A DNA stretch of 34,901 bases from Chiloscyllium plagiosum (taxonomy: Eukaryota). The notes below the pieces were generated by a model, which saw only the letters and a program-made list of their open reading frames with translations, made no database searches and was not told the origin of the DNA. Location of the stretch: contig NW_025214105.1 in NCBI RefSeq assembly GCF_004010195.1, forward strand, positions 1 through 34,901. The letters run 5' to 3'. The position numbers and the translations under genes are program-made. The first letter of the stretch is position 1; each line of letters opens with the position of its first letter. Of this stretch, positions 1 to 11,350 are shown in pieces.

Positions 1-262
1 CTTGAGCAAATGTCTGTGTGGAGTTGGCATTTTCTCACTGTGTCGGCGAGTGTTTCCTCTAGGTGATCCGGCTTCCTTGACACCCAAAAGATATGTCGGT
101 TAGGTGGATTGACTCTGTGAAAATTAACCGTAGTGTCCATAGATGTGCAGGCTATGTGAGTTAGCCATAGTAAATGTAGGAATACCCGATGTGCGATACA
201 CTTTGCAGAGTTAGTGCAGACTGATGGTCTTGGCAGCGTCTATTTGTACGCTGTGCTTTTAT
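1..262 (+). mobile_element. HE1-like SINE, decayed; 5' head cut by the window edge
   Basis: gtctgtgtggagttggcattttctc...gtttcctctaggtgatccggcttcc...gttaggtggattg resembles the better-preserved copies at 14190-14452 (-) and 33202-33560 (+). Confidence 0.7.
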
Positions 263-822
263 GAATTAAAGGAACAACATTCTTGGAGTGCAGTTAAATA
301 TGTCGAGTAGCTTTCATGTGAAGTTAGGGTTCATAATGTCTCTGGGAAAATCTAGATCAATGTGTCAAATCATTTTCAATGAGATAATTGAAATGTTGAA
401 AGCATTTGGATTTGGTCAGTCAACAGCCCAAAATAGACCTGCACGTGAATAATACTGACATTTTGCCTTAACGTTTTGCCTTATTTCTGTGTTCCTACCA
501 ACCCCCAGATAATTCGGATGTGAGGCATCTTACTTCACGCTATTGGACCTCTTCAACAAGAAAAATGCATTGGGTTCCAATCAATTTCTTCCTAAACCTC
601 CCTTGTCAAAGGTATTTAGTATGTTTCGATATCTTAGCCTTGCTGATTATTTTTAAATCCCACAAGCTTTCTTTTAAAAATCAACTTGTAGTTTGTTAAG
701 GTTTTGCATTTCTTTGTGATAATGCATTAATTTTTCAATGTAAAACTTATTAACTTGATCAATTGCAGATTTGAAGATCCATAGTCACAAAATCACAGCC
801 CAGAATATTGTATAACACCTAA

Positions 823-1030
823 GTAGGCAAGTAGAATTTGAGATTGAATTGCTAACTTAACACAGTGGAATTAAATTATCCCTGGCACACTGTGATTGAT
901 TTAAACACAGACCTGGTTGTGCTTGAAACATCATCATTGCTGGCTGGGCATTGCTCCCTATTCTCAATACTTATCCAGTGCACGCATAAGTGCTCAATCC
1001 TTACAGCTGTCTCATTCAATCTGAAGGCTA
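823..1030 (+). repeat. Left arm of a ~200-bp imperfect inverted repeat (partner 2010-2214)
   Basis: Colinear with the reverse complement of 2010-2214. Contains an exact 23-nt match: tccctattctcaatacttatcca (955-977) versus 2062-2084. The ORF track shows the mirrored peptides (CSLFSILIQCT at 865+ and 2216-). Confidence 0.9.
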
Positions 1031-1157
1031 AATATATTCTCACATTAAAGTTAATGTAGCTTGAATGCATCTTTATCTGTTGTCCCTGTTTCAAAAACAA
1101 ACCAAATATGAATTGAAAGATATTGTAACCTGAATGTCCCTGTGGAGATCATCCAGG

Positions 1158-1164
1158 TATAAAT
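1158..1164 (+). promoter_or_regulatory. Candidate TATA box of the GPR139-like gene
   Basis: TATAAAT about 90 nt upstream of the ATG at 1252. Positional inference only. Confidence 0.4.
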
Positions 1165-1251
1165 TAAAGGCTGTAATTCTGTCTCCCTTCAAAGTTTTAA
1201 TTAGCGAGAGTGTCTGCAGCTGAATGTGGCATCTAAATAGCACAGTATAAT

Positions 1252-1315
1252 ATGGAATTATTTCTTAGTGTCAGGAAAATATACTGCATGATTCTTGCTC
1301 TCGTTGGTGTCCCTG
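1252..1315 (+). CDS. gpr139-like: Coding exon 1 of a GPR139-like GPCR (short N-terminus and first half of TM1: MELFLSVRKIYCMILALVGVP + G)
   Basis: Strong Kozak context (aatATGG), in-frame TAA at 1234-1236, and consensus donor G|GTAAGT at 1315/1316 in phase 1. The peptide ends G-V-P and completes TM1 G-V-P-V-N when joined to the phase-1 acceptor at 21890/21891. Confidence 0.8.
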
Positions 1316-1591
1316 GTAAGTCATAAAGACTTGAAAATTTAGAAAAGTTGGTTATGAACTGCTGTCTGCTTTGACTGTGTCACTGTCACAGTTACTCACT
1401 GACCTAGATAAAACATCAGGGAAATATATTGTATAATCAAATGTCCTGAATTAATATTGTTATTTTAATTCCATTACAGTACCTCAAACTAAATATTTTT
1501 GTAACTCAGAGGTTTCAAAATGTATCAGGTCACTGCAGTTACGAGAATATTGTGAATCAGTCATCAGCACATTGAGGGGGTGTCAGGCAAA

Positions 1592-1710
1592 GTGGACTTT
1601 CTGACGTGCAATGGTAATGTTCGTGCCTTTGAGTCAGGAGACCTAGGTTCAGGTTCCATCCATTTCAAATGTGGATAACAGCATCAATGAACAGACAGAT
1701 TAAGAACAAA
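1592..1710 (+). mobile_element. Short tRNA-derived SINE-like fragment, decayed
   Basis: A-box-like gtgcaatggtaatgt and B-box-like ctaggttcaggttcc with tRNA-like spacing. Confidence 0.45.
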
Positions 1711-2009
1711 TGTAATTACTGAGGGTAGTTGGTACTTAGTGCATAGCACTGTGGAATTGTTTCGAATGTGAATCATTATTTGGCTTGATACCTATAACCA
1801 CAGTGATTATGTACGAGTGGGAATATCAGCCAGGGTGGGACTGCGCTGAATCTGACTCACTAATTGAAGCAGAATTCATTGGCTGTTTGCTTTGTTAATA
1901 CTCAAGGAAACTGATTTATCCATTCACAGTATTATCATTGTCTGAACGTAATTCGTAGGACGGAGAATAATATATATTTTTCTCTGTTGGTTGAAGAAAT
2001 TTGTTAACA

Positions 2010-2214
2010 GATCCTAAATATGAATTGGACAACTGAAAGCACTGAGCTTTTTTGCGTGCATTGGATAAGTATTGAGAATAGGGAACAATATCCTGCCAAA
2101 AATGATGTTACTGTCTCATGTACTACCAAGTCTATCTTTATATCATCGCAGTGTGCCCGTGATAATTTAATTCCGCTGTGCTCATTGGATTTCAGTCTTT
2201 CTCTATTTCCCAAC
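2010..2214 (-). repeat. Right arm of the ~200-bp imperfect inverted repeat (partner 823-1030)
   Basis: The reverse complement reads agactgaaatccaatgagcacagcggaattaaattatcacgggcacactgcgatgat..., matching agattgaattgctaacttaacacagtggaattaaattatccctggcacactgtgattgat... at 841 onward. Confidence 0.9.
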
Positions 2215-2371
2215 AAAAACGCGCTAACAGAAACAAATTGTAACTAGTTACCGACAGCTGAAAAGGAGGCTATTTTTTTCTACCATTTTCCAACCCTTTG
2301 GATAATGGCTCAGGTTTACACAAAGCAGACAGTAAGGGTGAAGATGGTTAGTTTTAAAACTAATTAATCGC

Positions 2372-2640
2372 ATTGGCAAAGTGGTGATTTCTCTGGACTA
2401 GTGATTCAAAGGGTCAGGCAGCTTTCTTGGGATGCTGCTTGAATTCGGAAAACAATAGCTGGTGGTATCGAAATTAAAATTTCATCTTGTGAAAGGTGAT
2501 TATAAGACTATAATTGATTGTAGGAAAAGAAAATCTAATTAATTGCTTTCTTGGAATCAGGGAGATCTGCTGACTTTGTCTCGTCTTTACTACATGTAAT
2601 TTCCAAACCACCCTGACGTGTTTGGCTCTGAAGTAGTCAT
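2372..2640 (+). mobile_element. Decayed tRNA-headed SINE-like interspersed repeat
   Basis: gtggtgatttctctggactagtgattca...gctggtgg...ggagatctgc...ctacatgtaatttccaaacc. A related copy lies in reverse at ~19760-19990. Confidence 0.5.
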
Positions 2641-4394
2641 ATAGGTCGCTGTGACGGTAATGAGGAGCAAGTTCAAAAGAACTGATCTTGCAGCACGACC
2701 CCAGGAATCAACTCCACCAACATTGTTCTCGTAAACTGTAGCCTGGACTGTTGGGATAAGTTAGTACGACTGATCTTGTGCTTGTACATTGTTTCAAACG
2801 TTGGCATAGCCTTTAGAAGAGAGGAGTTAAACGTGTGTCATCAGGATAACTTACAGTTAATGAGAGGTTTTGATCTTTATGACCAAAACGGCTGTAAAAC
2901 TGCAGAAAATGTTGGCTTTAAACATCTATGTCTGACTTCACTACCCATGCGCAATTAAAAACCTCTTGTCAACTTGACGAAAATGGTCAGAACATTTAAG
3001 CTCAGTGTGGTAATGCAGACATTTAAATTGGGTATAGCTTTTCTGGTTGCCTCGATCGGTTAACTATATTCGTCCTTATTTATGGGTAATGCAGATTATT
3101 CTCTTGGCGTCCTATTCAAAACTTTTTATTCCCATCTGCCTCAGCATCTATGTAAATAGCTTGAAACGTTTCATGTCGATGTACACAGTTCTTTATACTG
3201 TTAAACTGGTCTCTTCAACTGCAGACTGTCTCTGTTAAATGATGTTTTCCGAAGGTGAAATAAACGTCGGAACTCCAATGAAATAAAAGATAGGCTTTTG
3301 CCTGAGCAAACGAGGTATAGATGGGGATGGCAACAGATGACTCTAACCTGTTGCCAATAAACGGGGCTCTTCCAGGTTATTTGTCAATACAGAACAAGTC
3401 AACATCAGTGATGTATTTTGAAAGCTCAGAGACGTTGTTCCTACTAGTTGCCATGGCTCTCCACGTCGTAATTTATTTTTGCTTCACAGTTCCACGTCAG
3501 AGTCAGAAGAGGGAAGGCATAGCCTGTGCTGGCAGTATTCAAAGCATTTTAGAATTTTGAGGCACAAGAAACATTCACATTGTTTTCAGTCTTTTCAGTT
3601 AAGTATAGCTAAAGTATTTGCTGACAGAAATACTTCTTAATCTTATATTCATCAGGGCATTGCGCAAGAATCAAACTGAAGAAATTCTACTTGACTCATA
3701 ATCCCTAACTGAGCATATCTTGCAGGTTATGCACAATTGAGGATCCCAGTGTTATGCATTGAGAAATCATCACAAGTACATTCGAAGTAAATGGTTTTAT
3801 ACATTAAGTACCCTGAAAACCTACAATAACTACTTTTCATTTCATGATCTTTCAATTCAAATGAATGAATGTTACACTGCGGTTATTGAATTGCACATTA
3901 TGGGATTGAGTAATGTTTGACTGACTGATAATTATCACTGATTTGGATGTAACCTGTCCAGATTTCTGTTCTGCTCTCGGTGGTGCACCTCACTTCAAAA
4001 GGAACATGAGTTTCAAGAAATGGAGGTCAGTCGAGAACTTTAAATTATCATTTTATTAAATTGTGCATAATGAAATAGATCGTTTCGTTAGGAGACAAAG
4101 CGCTTGAATATGTGAAGTATTTAGCAACTGGTGATCAAGGCAATTTAATATTGCAGTTATTCAGAATGATGTTGAATTTTAAGCATTGGAATTAACCTTT
4201 AAGGCAATTTCTGACACTATACTCTTTCATGTGAACACCTCCCCATCTCTATTCTTGCAACCTAGTCATCATGACATTCTACTTGTTTATAAATCATGTC
4301 CTTAGCTATGTTGACCTTAAGTACATTTTTGTTTCTTTCGAAGCAATTCATAGCAAGTATATGTTTCTGGTAAGATCACCATCTATTGCACTTT

Positions 4395-4600
4395 CAAAAT
4401 AGTCCTTGAGAATGTGGTGGTCAGCTGCCAGGTGTGAACGGTTGCAAGGTGGATTGCCTTAAGAAAGAAATTGTCAGGATTTTATCCCAGAGACAGTGAA
4501 GGACAAAGAGACAGGCTCCGATATCCAAAGTGGTGTTGACTTTTTCAATGGTGTCAGACGAGCAGACAGCCAGGAAACTGGAAAGTATTTCATGAGTTGC
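4395..4600 (-). mobile_element. Decayed LINE (CR1/L2 clade) 3' fragment
   Basis: ccttgagaatgtggtggtcagctgcc...ggattttatcccagagacagtgaagga resembles the copy at ~29505-29850. Confidence 0.4.
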
Positions 4601-5064
4601 GGAGTATAGACGTGTTTCGGGGAGTAAGGAAGTGAGTTAAATGCCACAGAATTCCTAACTCCTAGGCTTTAGCTATTGCGTTGATATATTTTAAGATTAA
4701 CGTTGTTCAGTTGACGCAAGTTGTGGAAAGTTCCACCTTCTCCACCTAATGCAGTCACAGATTTATTGTGTTGATCTCACATTTATTAATTTTAGAGAGA
4801 CATTTTAGAGAGACGTTAAATACATTTTCTGTGCTAACACTATCAAAAGCACTCACGATTTTACAAACTTCTTTAGGTTCTCCTTGCCTTCTTGGAGGCG
4901 AAACAAAAGCCGTAAACTGTCTGGTCAATATCAATCAGTTCAAAATTCGTCCTTGTCGTGCATTTGAAACGTAAAATACTGCTCATGTGGAGGAAAGACT
5001 ACACTTGAATACTGTTAAGGAGCAAATAGGCTAAGCTACAGACCTCAGCCCGTATTTGACCGGT

Positions 5065-8000
5065 GAGTCAGCACGATCAGAGCATTCAGTGAGTGATGTT
5101 CGTGAGAATCATTAAGGGATGCCACGCTGTCAGAGCATCAGGACTGATGGGGTGCTGCACTTCAGAGATCAGTGTAGAGAGATGTTTGTTCGTACTCAGT
5201 ACTGAGGGAGAGCCGTTGACTCAGACGGTAAACATCAAGCGAGTGCTGCACTGTCAGATAGTCAGTGCTGAGACAGTACTGCAAAGCCAGAGAGTAAGTA
5301 CTGAGGGGGCGCTGCTATAGCGGGCCTAAAAATGTGCTGCGTATTCAGATTTGTTTAGGACTGAAAGTGTCTCACTGCAAGTGTCATCACTGAAGCAGTG
5401 CTGCACTGTCAGAGGGCCACTACTGAGGAACTGCTTCACTGTCATAGAGTCGGTACTGCAGCAATGCTGCACTGACAGACGGTCAGTTCTGAGGGACAGT
5501 TGTTTTTTTTTCAGAACGTACTTAATAAGGAAGACCCAGAGGATCAATACTCAGGGCGTACTGCACAGTCAGACGCTTAGTACTAAAAGAGTGACAGAAA
5601 GTCACACTGTCAGAGTGTCAATTCAAAAGTTCCACACTGTAAGGGTTTGAAGAGAATGTCAGCTGCACTCTCAGAGTTTCAGCACTGAGGGACTGCTGCA
5701 CTGTCGGTGACAATGCTGAGGGAGTGTTGCACTGCCAGAAGTTCAGTAGAAAGTATATGTATGCTTCACGGCTAAATATTCAGCACTGATGCTGTGCGGC
5801 GTTCTCAGAATGGAAGTACTGAAGGAAACTGGGCTGTCAGAGGTCAGTACAGAGGGATTGGTACACGGTGAGATGATACATAGTAATAGAGTAACAGAGA
5901 ATCCCATTCTCAGAGGATCAGTAATAAAGCTGTGCTGCATTGTCAGAGGGATAGCTGAAATGTTGTGATGCACAGCGAGAGGATCAATACCGGGGCACAG
6001 TTGCAGTGCCGAGGATCAGCACTGAAGGAGTGCTACACGGTCAGATGCTGAGTAAAAGGAGTGTGGGTGATGGTCTAACAGACAAAGGTTCAATTCTAAA
6101 GAAGGGCAGTACGGTCGCAGGGTCTTCAGAGAGGTTGTGCTGTTCTGTCAGTGCTTCAGAAGGTATGCTGCAGTGACTGAGGAAATTACAGAGGTAGTGC
6201 TACACTGTCGGGGGGTCGGTTCTTGGAATTTGCTGCACTGCCAGAGTGCCACCACGGAAGGGCATCTAGAGCGATAGTACCGGGCAAGTGATGAATTATC
6301 GTAATTTCAGAACTCAGTGATTCAGAAACTTTCTCATAATCACGGTACTGAGGGAAGTGATGAACTATAAGAGGGTTCGGAGAGACTGTGAGTTGCACTG
6401 AGAGGATAGTAATCAGGATTCGCCACTCTATCTGATTGTCAGTACAATGGGAGTGCTGCAACGCCAGAATGCTCATACGAAGGAAGCACGGCACTGGCAG
6501 AGAGTCAGCGCTGAGTGTTGCACTGCTGGGGGAATGCATTAAAGCAGTGTTACCCTGTCAAGCGATCAGTACTGAGGGACTGCCGCTCTGTCGGAGAGAC
6601 AGGAGAGAGGGAATGCACTGTTGGTAAGTCAGCATTGAGGCAGTACAGCATTTTCAGTGTCCGGACAGAGGGAATTCTGCCCTGCCAAAACGACAGTTCA
6701 GCGTGAGAGCACTGTCATTACTCAGGGAGGATCATTATTGAGGTAGTGCCAATCTGTCAAGAGGTCATTACGGAAGATATCCTGCAATGTCGGAGGTTTA
6801 GTAATGAGGCAGTCTTTTCTGTGAAAGAGTCAGTAGTGAGCGAGAGCTGCATTTTCTGAGTTTCGTTACTACGGGAGAGTGCCTCATGTTAAAAAGGCAG
6901 TAACAAGGGAATGCTCTATCAGAGGGTTAGGAGAGAATGTGCGTAGCTGCCGCGTGCATGTTATAAGAGTACTGACTGTATCTGAATATCAGTGCTTGGA
7001 GATTGCTGAAGTGCCAGAATGCCGTTACTAAGGAAACGTTGCACTGTCAGAGAGTCTGTATGAGTGCTGCACTGAGGGAAAGTACTAAAGTAGCGTCACT
7101 CTGTCGGAGGAACAGTACTGAGGGAGTTCCAGTCTCTGCAAGAGTCAGGAGAGAGCGAGTGATACACTTTTGGTGAGTCCACACTGAGGCAATGCTGCAT
7201 TTCCAAGTGTCAGGACGGAGGGGATACTGCCTTGCCAGAAAGACAGTATAATGCAAGATACTGTCTTTACTCTGGGGTGTTGTATTTTCAGAAAGTCATT
7301 GCTGAGGGAGTACCACTCTGTCAGGGGTCAGTAGTGAGGGAGATCTGCACTGTCAGAGGGTCAGTGCAGAGGGAGGGCTGCATTGCCAGACAGTGAGTAT
7401 TGAGTGACTACTGCACAATCAGAGTCAATGTTGATAGAGTGCCGCACAATCAAAGGGTCAGTATTGTTTCACAATTAGAGAGCCAGCACTGAGGCTTTTC
7501 GACACTCTCATAACGTAAGTACTGAAGGAACGCTGTGCTGTCAGAGGATCAGGGCTGAAAGACTGTTACGCGTTCAGATCATACTCACCAACAGAGTGAC
7601 AGAGTATCTGACTCTCAGAAGATTAGTACCGAGGCTGTGCCTCACTTTCAGAGGGTCAGCTGAAACACTGTGCTGCACAGCCAGAGGCTCAGGACCGAGA
7701 GAAAGCTGCACTGCAGAGGATCAATACTGAAGGAGTGCTGCACCGTCAGATGCTTATTACGAAGACAGTCAGTGACAGTCTGCCTACCAGCTGGTCAGTT
7801 CTAAGGTTGTGTCGCACTGTCAGAGGGTCTTCAGAGAGGCTCTGCTGTTCTGTTCGTAAGTCATAACTACTGGTTAATTTAATGCACTAACAGCGGGAAA
7901 GTTTGGAGGGAGTGCTGCACTTCTGGAGGGACGATGCATTATCAGAGTTTCAGTCGAGATAGCGCTTGAACGTCAGCGGATCAGTAATGAGAGAGTGCCA

Positions 8001-11000
8001 CACTGTCAGAGGGTCAGAAGAGAGTTTGTCCTGCACTGTTGGTGAGTTAGCAAAGGCACTCAGAGATCCGCAGCTGTCAGAATTTGCACTGGGAATGGTT
8101 CCATATTGACAGTGCTGCACTGTCAGAAGGTCAGTAGATTTTCAGGAGCGCAGTTCTGCGATGTCAGTGTATGTCATAACTTTGCACTACTCCATCTTAG
8201 ACTCAGTACTGCGACGCAGTTGCAATGCCAGAGAGCCGGTAATGAGAGAGTGCTTCACTGTCACAGAGGCAGTGCTGAACTGTCGGAGAGTCAGCACTGA
8301 GGAAAAGATGCACTGCCAGAGGAAAAATACAAAGTTAGCGCTGCTCTGTCAGAGGGTAGGGAGTAATGGAAATCGCATTTTCAGAGGTTCAGTAGGAATT
8401 GTCTTTTGCATTTTTACAGAATCAGGACTGAGGCAATGCTTCACTATCAGAGATTCATAACTGAGAGTGTTGCACGATCAAAAGATCAGTGATGTGGAAA
8501 GTTTGCACTGTCAGAGAGACAGAGAGTGGTTGTGTTGCACTGTCGGTGGTTGGGGTGTGGGGTGGGGGGGGTCAGTACCGTGGGTGCCGCACTCTCCTGA
8601 GTGTAAATACTGAAGGAGTTCTGCACTGACAGGTCAATACTGGTGGAGTCCAGCACTGTCAGTTGGTCAGTTCTGAAGAAGCGCTGCACTTGTCCGAGGA
8701 CAATAGTTGAGACTGCCCCTCTGGGTCGGAGATTCACTATTACGGGAGTGCTGCTTGGTCAGATTTTTTTCGGGCTGAGAGGACAGAGCGTATTGTCAGA
8801 ATGTATTTAATAAAGGAGCGCCACTTTATCAGAAGATAAGTCCAGAAAGAGTGCTGCGGGTCAGATGTTTAATACTGGGAGAGACAGATTGTCTCACTTT
8901 GACAGGATTAGAAGAAAGTTAGCAAGATTTGTAGCACTGTCAGAGTTTCCATACTGAAGGAATACTGCAGTCAGATGGTCACTTCCTAGGGAGCGCCGCA
9001 TTGTCAGACGGTCAGTACTGAGTGAGTGCTGCACTGTCAGAGGGTCAGTACTGAGGGAATTCCGCACTGTCAGACAGACAGTACTGAGGGAGTGCTGTAC
9101 TGTCAGAGGGTCCGTACTGAGGGAATGCTGCACTGTCGAAGGATCAGTACGAGGGAGTGCTGTACTGTCTTAGGGTCATTACTGAGGGAATGCTGCAATG
9201 TCAGAAGTGCAGTACTGAGGGACTGCTACACAGTCAGATGATTCGCACTAAGAGAGAGACATAGGATCCCAATCTGAGAGGGTCAGTACTATGGTTGTGC
9301 CACACTGTCAGGGGGATAGCTGAAACGATGTGCTGCACAGGCTGAGGCTCAGTACCTAGCGAAGGCTAGGTACCACAGAGTATCACTACGGAAGGAATGC
9401 TACACGGGCAGATATATATCACGAAGACATTGAGTTACAGTGTAACTGCCAGCAACCTCTCCTATTTTGATTTACAGCAGTTCTTTCAATGTTTACGAAG
9501 GAAGTACTATACTGTCAGAGGATCAGAGACTGTGATTTGCTGCGTTTGCAATAGAGGTGAGCCACTCGTCTCATTCTCGGTACTGTTGCAATCGCCCAGA
9601 GATCCAGTACTAAGGGAATACTGTCAGTGGGTCAATGCTGACTGCTGCACTCTCAGCGGCTTCAAAACTGAGGGAGGGACGCACTGTCAGAAGGTCAGTC
9701 GAGTCTCTGCTGAACTGTTAGAGAGTCAGATTGGAGGGAGAACTGCACTGTCAGTACTGAAGTAATGCTGCACGGTCAACTGGTTAATACTGAAAGTGTG
9801 AAAGCGTCTCACTGTCAGAGGGGAACGTGAGAGGGTCTGTCGCATTGTCAAAGTTCAGCAATGAGCCTCTGCTGCACTGTCAGAGTGTATGTAATAAGGT
9901 TGCGCTATCTGAGGCTCAGTGCTAGGATGGTACTGAAAGCTAATACTGACGGAACTGCTGCATGTCAGACAGTTAATACAGAGAGAGTGCTGCAATATCA
10001 GAGGGCAAATAGTACGTGATCGCTGCTCTATCAGAAGTATTAGTCCTGATGAAGTTCTCCATTTGAGAGGATGAGGAGAGAGTACTGCACTATCGTGAGT
10101 CACACTGTGACAGCGGCACTAACAGATTGTTAGCATTGACGCAAAGCTCCACGCAAAGTATATTGCCTATGCTGCACAGTTAACGAATCAGCATGGAGGC
10201 AGTGTTTGACTGTTTGAGATTCTTAACTGAGGGAGTCCTGCAATGTCCGAGGGTCAATCCCGAGGCAGTTCGAGCACTGTCAGAGAGTCAGTAGAGGATG
10301 TATACTGCACGGGTAAAGAATTTCCAGTGAAGAAGCGCAGCACTGTCAGTGTATTAGTACTGAGGTAGTGCTGCATTGTCACAGTGTGTGGAACGAGAGA
10401 AAGCCACTTCATCTGATTCTCAGTACTACGGAATGTTGCAATGCCAGAAAGCCAGTATTGAGGGAACGCTGCACTATCACATAGTCAGTATTGAGGGAAT
10501 ACTGCACTGTCAGAGGGTCAGTCTGAGGGAGTGTTGCATTGTCAGCCTTCCTGGGAACTAATACTAAAGAAACACTGTCAGAGTGTCAGTGCAGAGAGAA
10601 TGCTGCACGTTCAGAACGACAATTTTGAGTGAGTGCTGCACTTTCAGTAATGATAGAGAGCAGAGAGAAAGTATTCAAAGGTTTCTGGCATCGCAGCACT
10701 CCCGTAGCATTGTTTCTGATGGAGTGGTACTCCCTTATTATATACACTTTGACAATTCAGCACTCCCTCAGTAATGATGCAACTGACAGTGTTGCAATTC
10801 TTCACTACACATTCTCTACTGACTTTCTGACAGTGCAGGGATTTCTTCAGTACTGACCCTCGCTCAGTGCAGCACTCCCTTGGTTAAGAATCTCTGATAG
10901 TGCAGCCCTGCCTCCGTGCTCATGTGGTAACAGTACAGAACTGACCCTTTCGGTGTGGGGCTCCCTTAAAATTAATCCTTCTGATCAATCGTCGATCACT

Positions 11001-11250
11001 TAATAGCTTGTCTGATGCTGTACCATTCCTTCTGTACTGACTGAAGTCCAGAGTTCCTTCAGTACTGGCTTTCTGACATTGCAGCACTGCCCCAGTACTG
11101 ACTGCGGGTGTTTCATTGTCAGAGGGTTAGTACTGAGGGAGTGTTGCACTGTGAGAGGGTCTGCACAGTGAGAATTCTGCATTGTCAGAGCTCCATTATT
11201 GAGCGATCGTTGCACCATCGGAGGGTCGGTACTGAAGAATTGCTATGCTG
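5065..11250 (+). repeat. Degenerate tandem satellite/minisatellite with a 33-bp unit, consensus GTCAGTACTGAGGGAGTGCTGCACTGTCAGAGG
   Basis: Near-perfect head-to-tail units at ~9011-9240 and recognisable decayed units throughout. The 11-codon periodicity shows in spurious ORFs (QHSLSTDPLTV repeats). The block ~10685-11096 is in the opposite orientation. Confidence 0.93.
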
Positions 11251-11350
11251 TTGGAGCTACCTTCTTTTGCTTGAAACATTAAAAAAACAAAATTGACCAC
11301 TCTCTGATCAGGTCAATGTTAGTATTCTTATGACAGTATTTCAAGGAAAG
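11225..11350 (+). mobile_element. DeuSINE (SacSINE1/AmnSINE1-like) core remnant continuing directly from the last satellite unit
   Basis: ctgttggagctaccttcttttgcttgaaacattaaa...tcaggtcaatgttagtattcttatgacagtatttcaaggaa resembles the remembered DeuSINE text ctgtcggaggtgccgtctttcggatgagacgttaaa...tcaggtggacgtaaaagatcccatggcactatttcgaagaa. Confidence 0.55.

Noticed and set aside
865..2247. Paired small ORFs with similar peptides on opposite strands
   Set aside because: They are a by-product of the inverted repeat. Indels between the arms break the frame, so there is no sign of coding constraint.
5065..11250. CRISPR-like array or repeat-encoded Cys/His-rich proteins (ORFs such as 8894-9133 and 9026-9241)
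   Set aside because: The units are head-to-tail with no unique spacers and there are no cas genes. The ORFs arise because 33 bp equals 11 codons, and they appear in several frames on both strands.
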